DNA from: Camelus dromedarius | Lineage: Eukaryota | DNA: 64,000 nucleotides | NCBI RefSeq assembly: GCF_036321535.1 | Contig: NC_087436.1 | Coordinates: 9,920,001 to 9,984,000, forward strand | Direction: 5' to 3' | In this document: positions 38,091 to 51,255 of the stretch, one piece after another | How positions within the stretch are numbered: the first letter of the stretch is position 1 | How the letters are laid out: every line of letters begins with the position of its first letter | Position numbers and translations under genes: made by a program | Notes under the pieces: generated by a model | What the model was told of the DNA's origin: nothing | Database searches by the model: none | The model's input: the letters and a program-made list of their open reading frames with translations, nothing else

Positions 38091-38599
38091 AGAGAGATTG
38101 TATGACTGATCTCGCTGCATTTCACGTGCATGGTTTTACACACTGCATTTTATCATCTCTTATCAAAATATAGCCTTTCTTTACTCCTTGCTCAATTGTG
38201 TATGAAATACTGTATGATGCTTTTATAATGTGTAATGTAAGTAAGCTACATGTAAGTAAGAACCAAATAAATGGGATTATAATAAAGCAGTCAGTTTCAG
38301 GAGTAAAAAAAAAATGCAAAGGCAATGGCTGAGAATGAATCCTCCAATAGTCACATGGAAACATAACATTTTCTTAAAAAAGCTTTGCAGTTATTCTTTG
38401 CCTTCCTCATATGGTTGAAAGGCAGTATGGGACTGAGGTTCAGGGAACATTTTCTGGAATAAACTGTGTATGCTACTGTTAGTTCTCCTGAGCTGTGGGA
38501 TCTTGATCTTGAGTAATTCACTTAGGCTCTGTGTGTTTCAGCAGTCTCCTGTATAGAATGAGGACCATAACTCGGGGATGACCAGATGCTACCAGTGGA

Positions 38600-39257
38600 T
38601 GTTGCCGGTGGCTGCAACCGGTGTTCCAGGTTCTTGTCCCGTCCCAGAAAGAATTCAGAGATAAAACATAGTGGTTAAAAAAGTTAAGTGAAAATTTATT
38701 AAAGGATGGATAGGACACTCTCAGGGGAGAGCGGGCAGGCTCAGGTGAGCGGCTGCCCTGAGTTTCCTTGGCAAGTTAGTTACATAGGGTGTAAAAATGA
38801 ACGGGCTGAATATTCATTGGGGAGGGAAGGGTTTGGGGTCATATTCCCTGATTTTCATCCAAACTCCACCTTCCCAAAGGGAGGAGGGATTTTTGTCCTT
38901 ATTTAGTCTGGAGGGAAAGTGTTATGGTGTCGGTGCATGCTGGGTACTTCTGATCTGCAAGGCTAATTTTATTGAAATGAGGGCATAATGAGCAAAAGGC
39001 TACATTTGGACACTGGAGGTTCCTGCCTGTTCTCACCTTTCTTTGTAGGTCTCCAGGCCACTTATCACCCCAAAAGTTGTGACCACTTATCAGCCCAAAG
39101 AGTCCTGCTTTTCTTTCTCTGCCCAGGAACCCCCTGGTGCTTACATGATGTAGGGTTTCCTGTATTTGGCCTGTGTCCCTCCTTTCTGCCCAATTCCTGC
39201 CATTTGGTCTGTGTCCCCTTTTCTCTGCTCGTATCTAGCTATCTGCCTGCTCTAACA
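38600..39257 (-). mobile_element. ERV1-type solo LTR, family copy B, inserted in a MIR
   Basis: tgttgcc...gctctaaca termini. Reverse-complement homolog of 6579-7181; conceptual translations share CKNE(W/R)AEYSLGREG. Confidence 0.88.
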
Positions 39258-41829
39258 ATACCACACGGGATTTTTGTAAAAATTAGATGGGATATTACAG
39301 GTTATGATTTTAAAAGAGACCCCAGCATACACAAAGCTCTCAATAAGCATTGTCTATGATCTTAGATGAGCAGTAGTTTTGTCATTCTTCCAACATAAGT
39401 TTACCCAAGATGGTGAAGAATGGTCTCACATTTCTTTTTACGTCTGTATCAAGTGAACCCAAAGTCAGCATATGACCCAAGTAGAAATCGTGCTTCTTTC
39501 AAAACGAGTTTAACACAAGGTAAATCCGTAGGTTTTCCTTCTGGGGAAATGGAGATCTTTTCCACACTAAGGAAAATAAAAGCACATTCAATATTTGAAA
39601 AAAAAATGCATATGCAGTTTGGGGGAAGTTTAACTGTTTGGCATTGTTTACAATAATCAACCAACCGGTTAATGGTTTCAATTTTTCCTAATAATACAGA
39701 TGCAATCTTAGTCTTAGTAAACTGATTGTGCAAAGGACAAGACAGGGAGATTATAAGAGCTGGGAACCAAAATAAATGCAAGTAATAAGACTTAATTGCG
39801 AAAAACTGAGGGTGCTATCTTGGGGCAGGGGGATGCTTTGCTATAATGCTTTCTGAGGCAGAGCAAATTAGCTTGGAGACTCAGCTCCCCATGCAGAGGA
39901 AAGGATGTGGGTGGACCCAGCAGTATCCGAGGGATGCAAGGGAAATTTCAGAAAATGAGAAGATTAAAAAATAAAGGGGGAGAAAAATAAACAACGAAAA
40001 ATAAATGATGTCAAAGCAGAAGTTTATAATCAAAACCAGAGAAAGAGAACCCTGGCCCTTACCCTTATTCCAAAAAAAAAAAAAAAAATCCCATTTGTGC
40101 ATCTTGAGTTAAAGGAAAGACTCAAGAGTTATGCAGAGATGATTAAGGAGCAGTGTCACCCCCACCACATGGTGCTCAACTCAGCTTCTCGACTATTAAA
40201 AAAAAATGACCTAATTCTTTCTTTTAATTTTCTAGATATTTATACCCTTTCCTCTGAAGAGGGAACACTTCTTTTTTTAAAGCTTTGTTTATGTCTTTGA
40301 GTATCATGTTCTTGAAATAAGCACAGTGTTGAATATTATGTATATTAAAGTGCAACAAGGCAGCCTCCGACGCGGTTTTCTTTCCCCCGTCCGTAGATGG
40401 TATACATCTGGTACGTTCATTCTTACGAAGCATTCCTAAAAATAACATGAAAGATAAAAGTGACAAGGCACAATATAGTAGACTGGAAGGGTAAAAACAT
40501 AAGAGGACATTATGTTTATAAATGCATATGCACATATGCTTAGAAACATATTTCGATCTAATATAGCTTCCTATAAAATGCACAATTAGCTACATCCTTT
40601 GGAGAAAACAGCAGAAAAAAAAAAAGAAAAAAGAAAGGAAAAAAGAAAAATCCCACAACGTGGTACACTTTGCCCATAGAAAACCACCCACAGTTCTTAA
40701 TTTAGAAATATTTTCTTAGGGTATTTTTGCCAGAAATAATTTCTCCTTTTCCACAGTCACATGTTCAAAGAAATATTTCTTTTTTTCCCCCTCTACTCTA
40801 GAGGCAAATGAATACTTCTAAGCCACACCCCCAACTCAGCCTATGCTCTGATGCATTTTTCCAGTGGCAAAATACAAGCTCAGCATCCTTTATCTTTGGT
40901 CTCCCAGAAAATTGGTCCAAGTGGATGCTGGGAATGTTGGCTAAAGATGACCCAGGGACAGCCATGATGCCAGGCGGCTGTGCTCTCAGGGTGACTGACA
41001 CGTGCTAATCCGGACTCCAAACTCGCGCAAGAGACAACAGATTAGGAAGAGATGAAGTCACACATCCATCTCTGGTCCGTCCACCTGTGGCCGGGCTTGG
41101 GGCTGGGAATGCAAAGAGCAGGATCACGCACTAAAAACGTGGCAGCTTTTAAGGAAGTGTCCTCATGGGCTGAGAGGAAGCCTCCAAAATTATCCACTAC
41201 AGCCTCTAGTCATAATTTATTCTCCAAGAGGATTAAAAACATCCAGGGAAAGAAACTGTTCAGAAGAGAGAGCCTTGGGATGTGATTTAAAATAAAAAAA
41301 AAAAAAATGAAAAATGAGTAGTCACGTTTGCTCTCCAGGCTGGAGGACCCAGTATTGTGACAATGGTAAAACAGAAAACCCAGAGGTACCTTATCTGAGC
41401 TATAGATGGAGAGCTTAATCTTTGCCCAAGGTCAAGGACAGCCAGGCTAGTGCAGATGACACTATTTCTTTCACGAGGCCACTCAAAGAGAAACGCGACA
41501 CTTTCAAATAAGCAAGTTCTTCTACTGAGTTTTGCTGTGCTTTTCAGAGTACGATGCGCGCGCACGTGTCCCAAACAAGATTCCTCAATTAGCCTTTCCT
41601 GTATCCAGTCGCTCACAGGCGAGTGGAAATGTATATAAGATGCTACCAAAATTTCGTATGTTCATAAAGGCAGAACTATAATAACAATAGTACAAATTTT
41701 GTTTTTAATACAGATGATCATTTAGTTGCAATGTTATCTTCTATTTAATAGTAATAACTACTGAAAAGAAGAAAGGGAGGGTTTTATGCTTAACTAATGG
41801 TTTTAAATAAACATTTTCAGCACGGAAAA

Positions 41830-43570
41830 ACCTATAATAACATAGAGATGCTTATTCTAAATTTTATATTGAATGGCACAGGACTGATATGGCTAACTCA
41901 ATCTTGAAAAAGAAGAATGCAGTGGAAGGATTCTGTCTAGCTTATCCTAGGGATTACTGATGGCTACAGTAACCAAGACAGTGTGGTTCTGGTGAAGGGA
42001 CTGTCACCCACATCGATGGAACAGAATAGAGAACTCAGAAATGGGCCCACATGAATATGCTCAACTTATCTGTGAAAAATATGCAAAAGCAATTCAGTGG
42101 AAGAAGAACAGCTTAATAAAAAACTGTTGTGGAATAATTACACATTCATAAGCAGAAAAAAAATGATATTGACCAAACCCTCACACTTTATACAAAAACT
42201 AACTTGAAGTAGATCACAGACATAAATCTAAAACATAAAACTACAAATCTTTTAGAAAAAAGTAGAACAAAATCTTTAATGTTTAGGCAAAGAATCCTTA
42301 GACTTGACATCAAAAGAACTACCCTTAAAAGGGGAAAATTGATACATTGGACCTCATCAATATTGAAAGTTTTTACTCTGCAAAAGATCTTTTTGAAAGG
42401 ATGATAAAGATGATAAAGATAAATTACAGACTGGGAAAAACATTTGCATACCACATATCTGACAAAGGACTAATATCCAGAGTATAAAATATATAAAGAA
42501 CTTTCAAAAGTCAATTTTTAAAATAACTCCCCAAAATCCAATTAGAAAATGAGCAAAAGACATGAACAGATATTTCACCAAAGAGGATACACAGATGGCA
42601 AACAGGCATGTGAAAAGATGTTCAACTTCATCAGCCACTAGGGAAATACAAATTAAAATGATGATTATCTAATCATTTCACTTGTATCAGGATGGCTAAA
42701 AGAAAAATAATGACAACACCAAATGCTGATGAGGATGTAAAGAAACAGAATCACTTACGCAATGCTGATATGACTATACTATGGTACTGCCAACCCAAAA
42801 AACAGTTGGTGGTTTCTTATACAACTAAACATGTGATTACCATGTGACTGACCAATGGCACTCAGGCGTTCACTCCACAGAAAGGGAAATTAATGTTCAC
42901 AGGAAAAACCTATATGCAAATGTTCATACTAGCTTTATTTATAATAACCCCAAACTGGAAAAAAAAAACTCATATCCTAAAACAGATCAATAGTCAAACA
43001 AAATTGTGATAGCTTATATCAGAAAATACTGCTCTATGATCAAAAGTAATGAAGCAATGATATACAAAACTTCCTGGATGAATCCCTGAGAAATTATACT
43101 GAGTGAATAAAAACCAGTCCCAAATGGTTATACACCTTATGCTTCTATTCATGTAATGTTCTTGAACTTAAAAAAAAAATTAAGGAAATGTGGGAACAGA
43201 TTAGTGGCTGTCAGGGGCTTGGGATGCAGTAAAGGAGAGTGGGGAGAAATGAGTGAAGTTTTCAGAGTTACCCAAGGTATCAGGTGATGGAAGTGTTCCG
43301 TATTTTGACTGTGGTGGTGATCACACGTGTGATAAAGTTATACAGAGCTAAATACATACAGACACAGACAAATGAATGCATGTGAAACTGGTGGAATCTA
43401 AGTAAAGTCAATGGATTCTAGCAATGCCAATTTTCTGGTTGTGATATTGTACTATAGTAATGGTAGATGCTACAAAAGCAGGAAATTGGATAAAGTTTAT
43501 GTAGGACATCTCCGTATTATTTCTTAAAGCTGCATGTAAATCTCAGTTATCTCAAAAAAAATTTTTAAAA
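41830..43570 (+). mobile_element. Old L1 (L1MC-like) ORF2 3' part and 3' UTR
   Basis: gctacagtaaccaagacagtgtgg, ggaacagaatagagaactcagaaat, aaaagatgttcaacttcatcagcc; ends gcatgtaaatctcagttatctcaaaaaa. Confidence 0.9.
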
Positions 43571-44534
43571 GATACCCATTTCCTCAGGGGAAAATCTATA
43601 GCAATATTCAACAGAACACAGAAATTCTTGATATGTGACTTCAGGTACACTTATGTAAGACTCAATTATAGATTTATAAACTGAGTGTCTGGTACCTAAA
43701 GTAAAAGAAAATTGTATCTTTGGAGAGACTTAAGTTTTATTTTAATTCAGTAATCTTCCTTGCCAAACACTGAATTCTGTCTCCATTGTTCTTCACCATT
43801 TGTTTTATTCACAATAAATGGACAGGAATTATGGATACTAGTAAGTCACCCACATAGTCTCATACTGGATAGAAGAGTTGGCAATAGAACCACTGATGCT
43901 TCCTCTCACGCCCAGGTACTAACAGGACAGACTCGGTGGTTTGTAATGTTTGTTTGTTCCTTTCGGTCTTGAAGCATTTCATTAAAATCTCCAAAACTGA
44001 TGTATCTATCAAAGCTTCTTCCTAATTATCAGGAAATTATTTTAGTCTCGGTAGGGGAGTAGGGGAAGCTGTCTTAAAATCTGAGGAAACTATGGGAATG
44101 ATCACCCAAGGTATCAGGTCCGACAAACAGGAGTGGAGGAGCCAGTGATGGAGTGAGATGGGAGAGGACCAGGCTTTGCCGAACAGTGGGGTTGGTCACC
44201 ATGGTAACCCAGTGACGGAGTCTGGCAGGAGAGGACCAGACTATGTAGAGCAGTAGGGTTCTTGACTAGGGCTTCCCTCAGGGCCTGACACTATGTATCT
44301 TTAAAAGCTCACTATCTGAGCTTGGGTAATGAATGGAGGAAGTCCAAGAGTAGATGTGGAGGCTTCACAAGAAGTCCTAGGGAAAAAGTGATGAGGCAGA
44401 AATAAAGTGAACCAGACTTCTGTACAGTTTTTAGAGACATTTCGAGATAAAACTTAACAGTCCCGTTTGCAAGTCTAACCCTTTATAGTTAATACTCAAA
44501 TGGAAACAGATCCCTCATTTCACACCTTTCTCTC

Positions 44535-44650
44535 TTTTTTAAAAAATTTTTACCGAAGTATAGTCAGTTACAATGTGTCAATTTCTGGTGTACAGCACAA
44601 TGTCCCAGTCGTGCATATATATATATATATTTTTTTTTCATATTCTTTTA
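44535..44650 (-). mobile_element. Short L1 3' end
   Basis: gaagtatagtcagttacaatgtgtcaatttctggtgtacagca. Confidence 0.85.
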
Positions 44651-46849
44651 AGATTTTTGCAGACTTACATTTGCTCCTGTTTTTCATAAAGTTGTACTTA
44701 TATGATGCATTTGGCTTAATTTTAAGGACATTTAAAACAGGCAGTCCTTTAGAAGATCATTCTTGAAAAGAGTATGTGGGGAACATTTTTAAAGCATGCA
44801 CTCTTCATTTGTTACTCTAGGTAATCTTTATCCTTGTACACCAGACCAACAAAGAGATATGTACCTGCACCACAAGATTAAAAGCTTTTGTGAAACTGAC
44901 CTTAGTTACCTGGGCTTGTACGTTGCGCCAATGTTCTACTTTGAGGAACATTCCAAGAAACAATGTTATGAAGCTCATTGCTGAACTTATGGTAAGGACA
45001 TTGTTACAAATGTTGTTTCTTACAGTACACAATGGCCCTTTTAAGAGGACCTTAAGAGACACTCCTCACTGGTTTCAGTCCAATAAATGAGTTTCTCCCA
45101 AGAACTGATTTTTTGTTTTCTGGACCTTGAATCACAACCCAACTGTTTTTTCTGCTGGATACTTTCATATCTCTTCTATCAAAAGTATGGAAACTTATGG
45201 GATAAGTATAATAATTATGCTGCTATCTACTAAGAAAACAAACTTGAGTCTGTTTGGGTGGGGATACCAGGGTCCTGAGTACCCAGGGAGTGGAATAGAG
45301 GGAGGGGCATGGACCCCCTGTGGGCAGGTCTATTTGGCCTGCGGGCTCCTTCCACTATGGGCAGAGCAGGGCTGAAAGCGTTCTCTTCCATGGGGACAAG
45401 AACTGTCAGCAACAAGCTCCCAGCAGCTGAAGGGATTGCATGTGTGAGTCTCACAGGAGAAATCGTCTGATTGGCACAGCAGAGTGTGCCCTACAAGAAC
45501 AGATCGATACCATCGTTTCTGAAATATGTCTTCTGTGAGTGAGAAAATAAGCTTCGTGGCCAATGTCCACATCTAGGAAAACCAAGGCAAAAGATACCAT
45601 TACTGATTCAAATCCCCTTAGTGGAAAATAAACAGTTCCTGAAAATCTACAAGAATTAAACAGACTTCAGAATAGAAATCTGAAGCACTTCATCTCTTTG
45701 CTTGTAAACTGATTTGGATCCATTGATCTAGGTATCAGAAAAATAACCTATGTATGTGATGGAGAATGGGCATTCGCATGTGCCCTTTAAGAGGTAGCTA
45801 GTGTTAGAGGTGTAGAACAAAATTGATCAATCTCAAAAGGATCAAGCGGAGGTTAGTTTAGAAGGGTAAGGGGGTGTATTTAATCCACTGAATGTGAATG
45901 CCTAGCTTAGATTCAAAAGCTAAGATCAGTGAGAAGGAGAAAAATACTCCTTTCTGAATGGAAAAGAATGAATATGAATGATACACACTGGGACCGTGTT
46001 CAAAGAGTGTCCTTTTTTAACTGCAGCTAATTTGGGTTGAGTGTCTTACTCTAACAAATGATTCAGACAAAGCAGGAGAGACTAAAGCCATGGGGAAGTA
46101 TTTCCAAGTAGCCCCTGCAAAGAAAGCGAGGGTCAAGGAAGCCAGCATCCTTAAAATGTTCAATTAGAGACTCCATTGAGATTTCTGATAAAAGCAATGG
46201 ACTCTCTCTCTTGAAAATTATATCTGCACTAAAATATTTACATATGGCATGCCTGGGGCTTCTGCATCCTGGAGATATTTCCATGGACTCTACCATTCCA
46301 AGGCCAGATTGGAAGTTCTGATCATTCATTATTTTCCATTCTCAGTGCCACCATCTTAATTCAAGCCAATTTTATAACATTCCTGTTCTATGATATTCTC
46401 CCCCAATTTCCCCTGCGGAGTTTACACTTCCTGTTGAATATATTACTCTCCAGCTTAAAATTGCAAATATTTTTGCTTCAACTGCTGAACAAAGTGCAAA
46501 TTCCTCAATGATTTGATCGGTTTACGTTATCTCCCTGTGAATTGTCCTGTCCTACCTACTTTATTTCGTGAATAAAGCTAATAGAATTTTCTCATTTCTC
46601 ATACTGTGCTTTGACTTTTAAAGTTATTTTTTTGCTTTTTAATGTCTTCCTTTCCATCTCTGCCAATCAAACTTAAGGTTCAATTCAAACATCAGACAGT
46701 CTTTAATGTTGCCCTCATATCTTTCCATACTCTGTCTACATTCTCATGGCATTTAGTTTATGTCTTTCATACGGGATTTGGTTTGTATTTATTTATAGTA
46801 CAGTTATATATATGTATATTATTTCTCTCATTTTAAGACAGTCAGTGTC

Positions 46850-47003
46850 GGAAACTTGGATCAAGATGCCGGAGTAGGAGGAACTTTCCTCCCATTACGA
46901 ACACATCAAAAATACATCTACATGTGGAACATTTCTCGCTGAAAACTACCTGGACACTGGCAGCAAGACTCCTGTACAACCAAGGCTGCAAGAAAGATCT
47001 ACA
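46850..47003 (+). mobile_element. Isolated L1 5'-terminal fragment
   Basis: ggatcaagatgccggagtaggagg...acacatcaaaaatacatctacatgtggaac...aagaaagatctaca is homologous to the 5' end of the L1 at about 34055-34209 (minus strand). Confidence 0.8.
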
Positions 47004-47544
47004 GGGATGCTTTCTAAGCCCTCAGGGGACTGGTGATTAATTCCAGTCTTCTGGAGAGAAAATGGATTTGAGGACTTAATCACTCCACTCCCGACTTCTT
47101 CACAAGTCACTAGGAGACTCTAAGAGGATTGTGGCTTAAAGATGACTCTGCTGACTGCTCGCTACTCCAGTTGGTCTCCGAGCTCAAAACCTGAAAAAAG
47201 TAGCAGCTGGCGGGTGAGAGCCCTGCCCAGGTCCTGCTGGGTCCCGGGCCTGCCCTTCCCCTCTGGGTGGGCAAGAACCTTGAGGTTGGAAGTTCTGGAG
47301 AAGACCCAAATGCTGACAAAAAGCTACAAACTCCCCCCTCCCCAAAACCCGGGGAAGATTGTTTATGAGAGGACCAGCAGGTCCACCGGACCTCAGCAGA
47401 GAAAAGCAGAATGTTGGCCAGAGTCTTCCCGACCAGGAGTCTGGATGAAGTGCGGATGTAGATACAGAAATGGCAGTGTCTGCTACAGCAATGAATCGTG
47501 CAGTACACATCATCAATGTCGGGTTTTTGTTATTAATGTTATTT

Positions 47545-47675
47545 ATATTTTTTAAAATTTTTTGAGGGGGAGGTAATTAGGTTTATTTATATTTTTAATG
47601 GAGATACTGGGGATTGAACCCAGAACCTCATGCATGCCAGGCATGCACTCTACCACTGAGCTATCCCATCCCCCA
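47545..47675 (-). mobile_element. tRNA-derived SINE (vic-1-like)
   Basis: ggagatactggggattgaacccagaacctcatgcatgccaggcatgcactctaccactgagcta. Confidence 0.9.
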
Positions 47676-47687
47676 CAATATATATAT

Positions 47688-47920
47688 ATTTTTAATTGAA
47701 CTATAATTGGCTTATCGTGTTGTGTTAGTTTCTGGTGTACTGCTGAATGATTCAGTTATATATATATGTATATATAACTGAATATATATTCAGCATATGT
47801 GTGTGTGTGTATACACACACACACACATTCCCTTTCATATTCTTTTCCATGGCAGGCTATCACAATACACTGAATATAGTTCCCTGTGCTTACAGTAGGA
47901 CCTTGCTATTTACCTACATA
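47688..47920 (-). mobile_element. L1 3' end fragment
   Basis: ttgaactataattggcttat...ttagtttctggtgtac...tgaatatagttccctgtgct. Confidence 0.85.
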
Positions 47921-50691
47921 TTCAATTTTAAATTAATAATATGTTATATAATAAATAATGGCTCTTAAAATAGAAAAGACCCATAAAAGAAATTCTGATG
48001 AAATCAAGACTATCAAGAGTTACACATATAAACTCATCTCAGCCAAAATCTAGCATATTTAGAATTAAAAGTACCAAACCACCTCCGAAAAATCTGAACA
48101 ACTGTACAATTAGTTGCCCCATGTTACACACAGAGAAACTGAGGCACAAGGAGAGTAAGTCACTTGCCCAAAGTCACACAGTGATGAGGAGGTGGAGGTG
48201 AGTTTCAAACTCAGGCAAACAAATCTGGCTACAAATTGTTTACAGTGATAAAGATGCTCCAGGTTTTTCAGGTTTTTCACTTGTAACTGGTGCCCTTAGT
48301 GAGCAAATCATTTAATCTTCTGAAGCCAGAGTTATCATCTGTAAAGTACAGTGGGTGATTGGAGGATTTTTGCGGTCTTTGCCAATGCCAATATTCCACA
48401 AGAGGCACATATTATATCCTTAAATAAATGAACATTATGGGTTTGACTTAAGAATCATGACCCATTCAGGCTAAAGTCAATAAAATTAAAAATGTCTTAC
48501 AACAAGGTTCTTGCCTTCTCAAATAAGACAAAAATTCTACCTACACTATACAGCATTGAAAATGATTCTACAGGACACAAATGAACTAATTATTATTTTG
48601 ATTTCTTGAATAAGTGTAAGCACGTGTGACTGTCCTTTATGATTGGATTACCGCATTCTGTTGATTCTTATTTTGTAGTTGGCTTTATTCCTTTGATAAG
48701 TATGTAAGTTTACAAAGCTAAAGATCTAATCTGTTCTTAGAAACAATAACTAGTCCATACATGAAAACAAAAGATGTGCACTATACTGCATGTATGTATT
48801 TACATGCAATATAATGTGTATGTGCAGTCGAACTGTAATAATTCTACATTAAAACTGGAAAAAAAAAGAAAGAAAATTATTCCACCAACTATCTGTAATC
48901 TTTAAATGAACAAATTCATGTGTTTCAAATGAATACTATCAGGCCAAGTAAGAGATGAACCAGTGTGGAGGTTTAGGTACCTAAACGGTACAAAAAAGGA
49001 AAAAAATATATTTGACCTTTATTTAACTCACTTGCTTGTGAGGCTGATAATGAAAGAGAGTCTACACGGGATTCCTGAGAGTGCTAAAGAAGAAGCGTGT
49101 AACAGCAGAAGCAAAAGACCCACCTCACAGTAACATTATAACAATTGATCATGATATTAACGGGTCATGAAATGATGTGTAATGAGTGTGCGTTATTTTT
49201 CATTAGTTAACTACCTCAAGAGTTAGTGGAGTTTTGTTTTTTTTTAACTTTTTATTTGGAAACAACTACAGATTCATAGAAGTTGCCTTTTACCAAGTTT
49301 TCTCCAGTGGTTACATCTTATATAATTATGACCCTATTTCAAAATTAGGAACCAGACATTGGCAGAATGTGTGTATAGTTCTATGTCATAAAAGTTTGTC
49401 TTACCCCTTAGAAAAGGATGCCTTCAATTCTTCATAATTAAGATGCGTTTCCACCTATGCTGTTGGCTGAGATTTTCACTTTGGGCTGAAATTTTAACAG
49501 GCTAACGTCTGTGTTTGAATAATGGGCTGGCTTCATGCCCTTTTGCTGAATTTAGTACTGCTTAAGGTATTTTCAGCATTAGCTAAATGATACCCTCATT
49601 TGTCTAACAGCCAGATTTTATCCTTTTTTTTTTTTAGGTAAAGTTGCTGGAAAGAGAAGTATTTGTGAGGTCCACTGAAACATTTCTAAATGGTAGAGTT
49701 AGTCCTTGAGAATGTTTCTGAGGTCAGATCAGGTATTTCAAATTCTGTATACTCACAATTTACAATTTTCTTTGCCTCTAGCAGCTCTGTGATCTTAACT
49801 GCTCTAGGATTGTTTGGGGTCCTTTCCTCCATACCCCCTGCTCTTGTGACAAGTCATTTTATTGTTATTATTGGTCTTTAAATCCAGTGCGAAAGGCAGT
49901 GCCTGAGTTCCTGTTGACACACGGAGACGGTTACTGACCCTCAGCCCCCTCCATAGCCTGGCATGAAGGACCACGTTGCAGGAAGGGCAGACTGCAGCAC
50001 CAGACCCGACGGTAGCATCACCTTGGACTTGGCAAAGCCTCCCTTTCTCCATCTCTAAAGTGTAAGTTGTAAATTCAGGGACCTCCAAGACACTGACTTT
50101 GTCTGTGTAATTCAATGATTCTGTGATTTCTCCAAGTCAGGCAGTGCATGCAAATTCAGTTCCATAGCCAGCCTCTCCCCCTGTAGAATATTATCAGCAG
50201 AAACATACTTTCATTTCTTTAAAAGGATACAGTTGACACTCTTGATGCATCAACAGTAGCTTGGATGATGGACCAGAGAATCTTTTCCACTATGACAGTC
50301 TGACTTGGCCATGGCCTCGACCTTCACCCATTCCAGGCTGTGAGCAGGACCAGGACATGAGCAGTAACAAACTGAAATTCCAGACTCAGTTGCCAAAAGC
50401 TAGGATAATGATTGATATGTTGATGCAATAAGAACGTAAGATTTGGGGCCAGCCCTTGGTTGGAATTCCAACCCAATTTCACCAGCTGTGTCCAGGAATA
50501 GAGAGGTCAGTTGAGATAGCGGGAGAACCAGGGTGGGCTTACTCTGGACAAGCATGGAGATGGTTTCACCCTCTGCCCCACTGCAAACTTCCTCCTGCAC
50601 AGAGCTGCTCCTGGATCCAGTGGTGTGATTTCTGGCCGGGCAGGAGTCAAAGTTCTGAGAGTAGATCCTGCTCTTAAAAGATGAAGTCAAG

Positions 50692-51255
50692 ACAATGTTC
50701 ATCTTCATGTCTTTTTTTAATATACTCTGATTTTATTTTTGAAGGGGAAGTTAATTAGGTTTTTTAATTTATTTATGTATTTATTTTTTATGTTATTTTA
50801 TTTTTAATTGAAGTATAGTCAGTTTACAAAGTTGTGTCAATTTCTGGTGTACAGCATCAAGTTTCAGTCATACATATACACACATATATTCCTTTTCATA
50901 TTCTTTTTCATTATAAGTTGCTACAAGATGTTGAATAGAGTTCTCTGTGCTCTACAGGAGAAACTTGTCGTTTATCTATTTTATATATAGTAGTTGGTAC
51001 CTGCAAATCTCAAACTCTCAACGTACCTATGTATTTTTTAACGGAGATACTAGGGATTGAACCCAGGATCTCATGGATGCTAAGCATGTGCTCTACTACT
51101 GAGTTACAACCCCCATATCTTGTAGTAATCCATAATGAAAAAGAATCTGAAAAGGAATAAATGTATGTATATGTATGACTGAGACATGATGCTGTGCACC
51201 AGAAACTGACACAACATTGTAAACTGACTATCCTTCAATTAACAACAGCAACAAA
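50692..51255. mobile_element. Nested composite: L1 3' end (+, about 51115-51255), vic-1-like SINE (-, about 50710-51114) and an L1 3' end (-, about 50783-51022) inside the SINE tail
   Basis: Outer duplication aaaag(a/g)tgaagtcaag at about 50676 and 51256. Inner duplication tatgtattt lies either side of the inner L1 piece. Confidence 0.82.
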
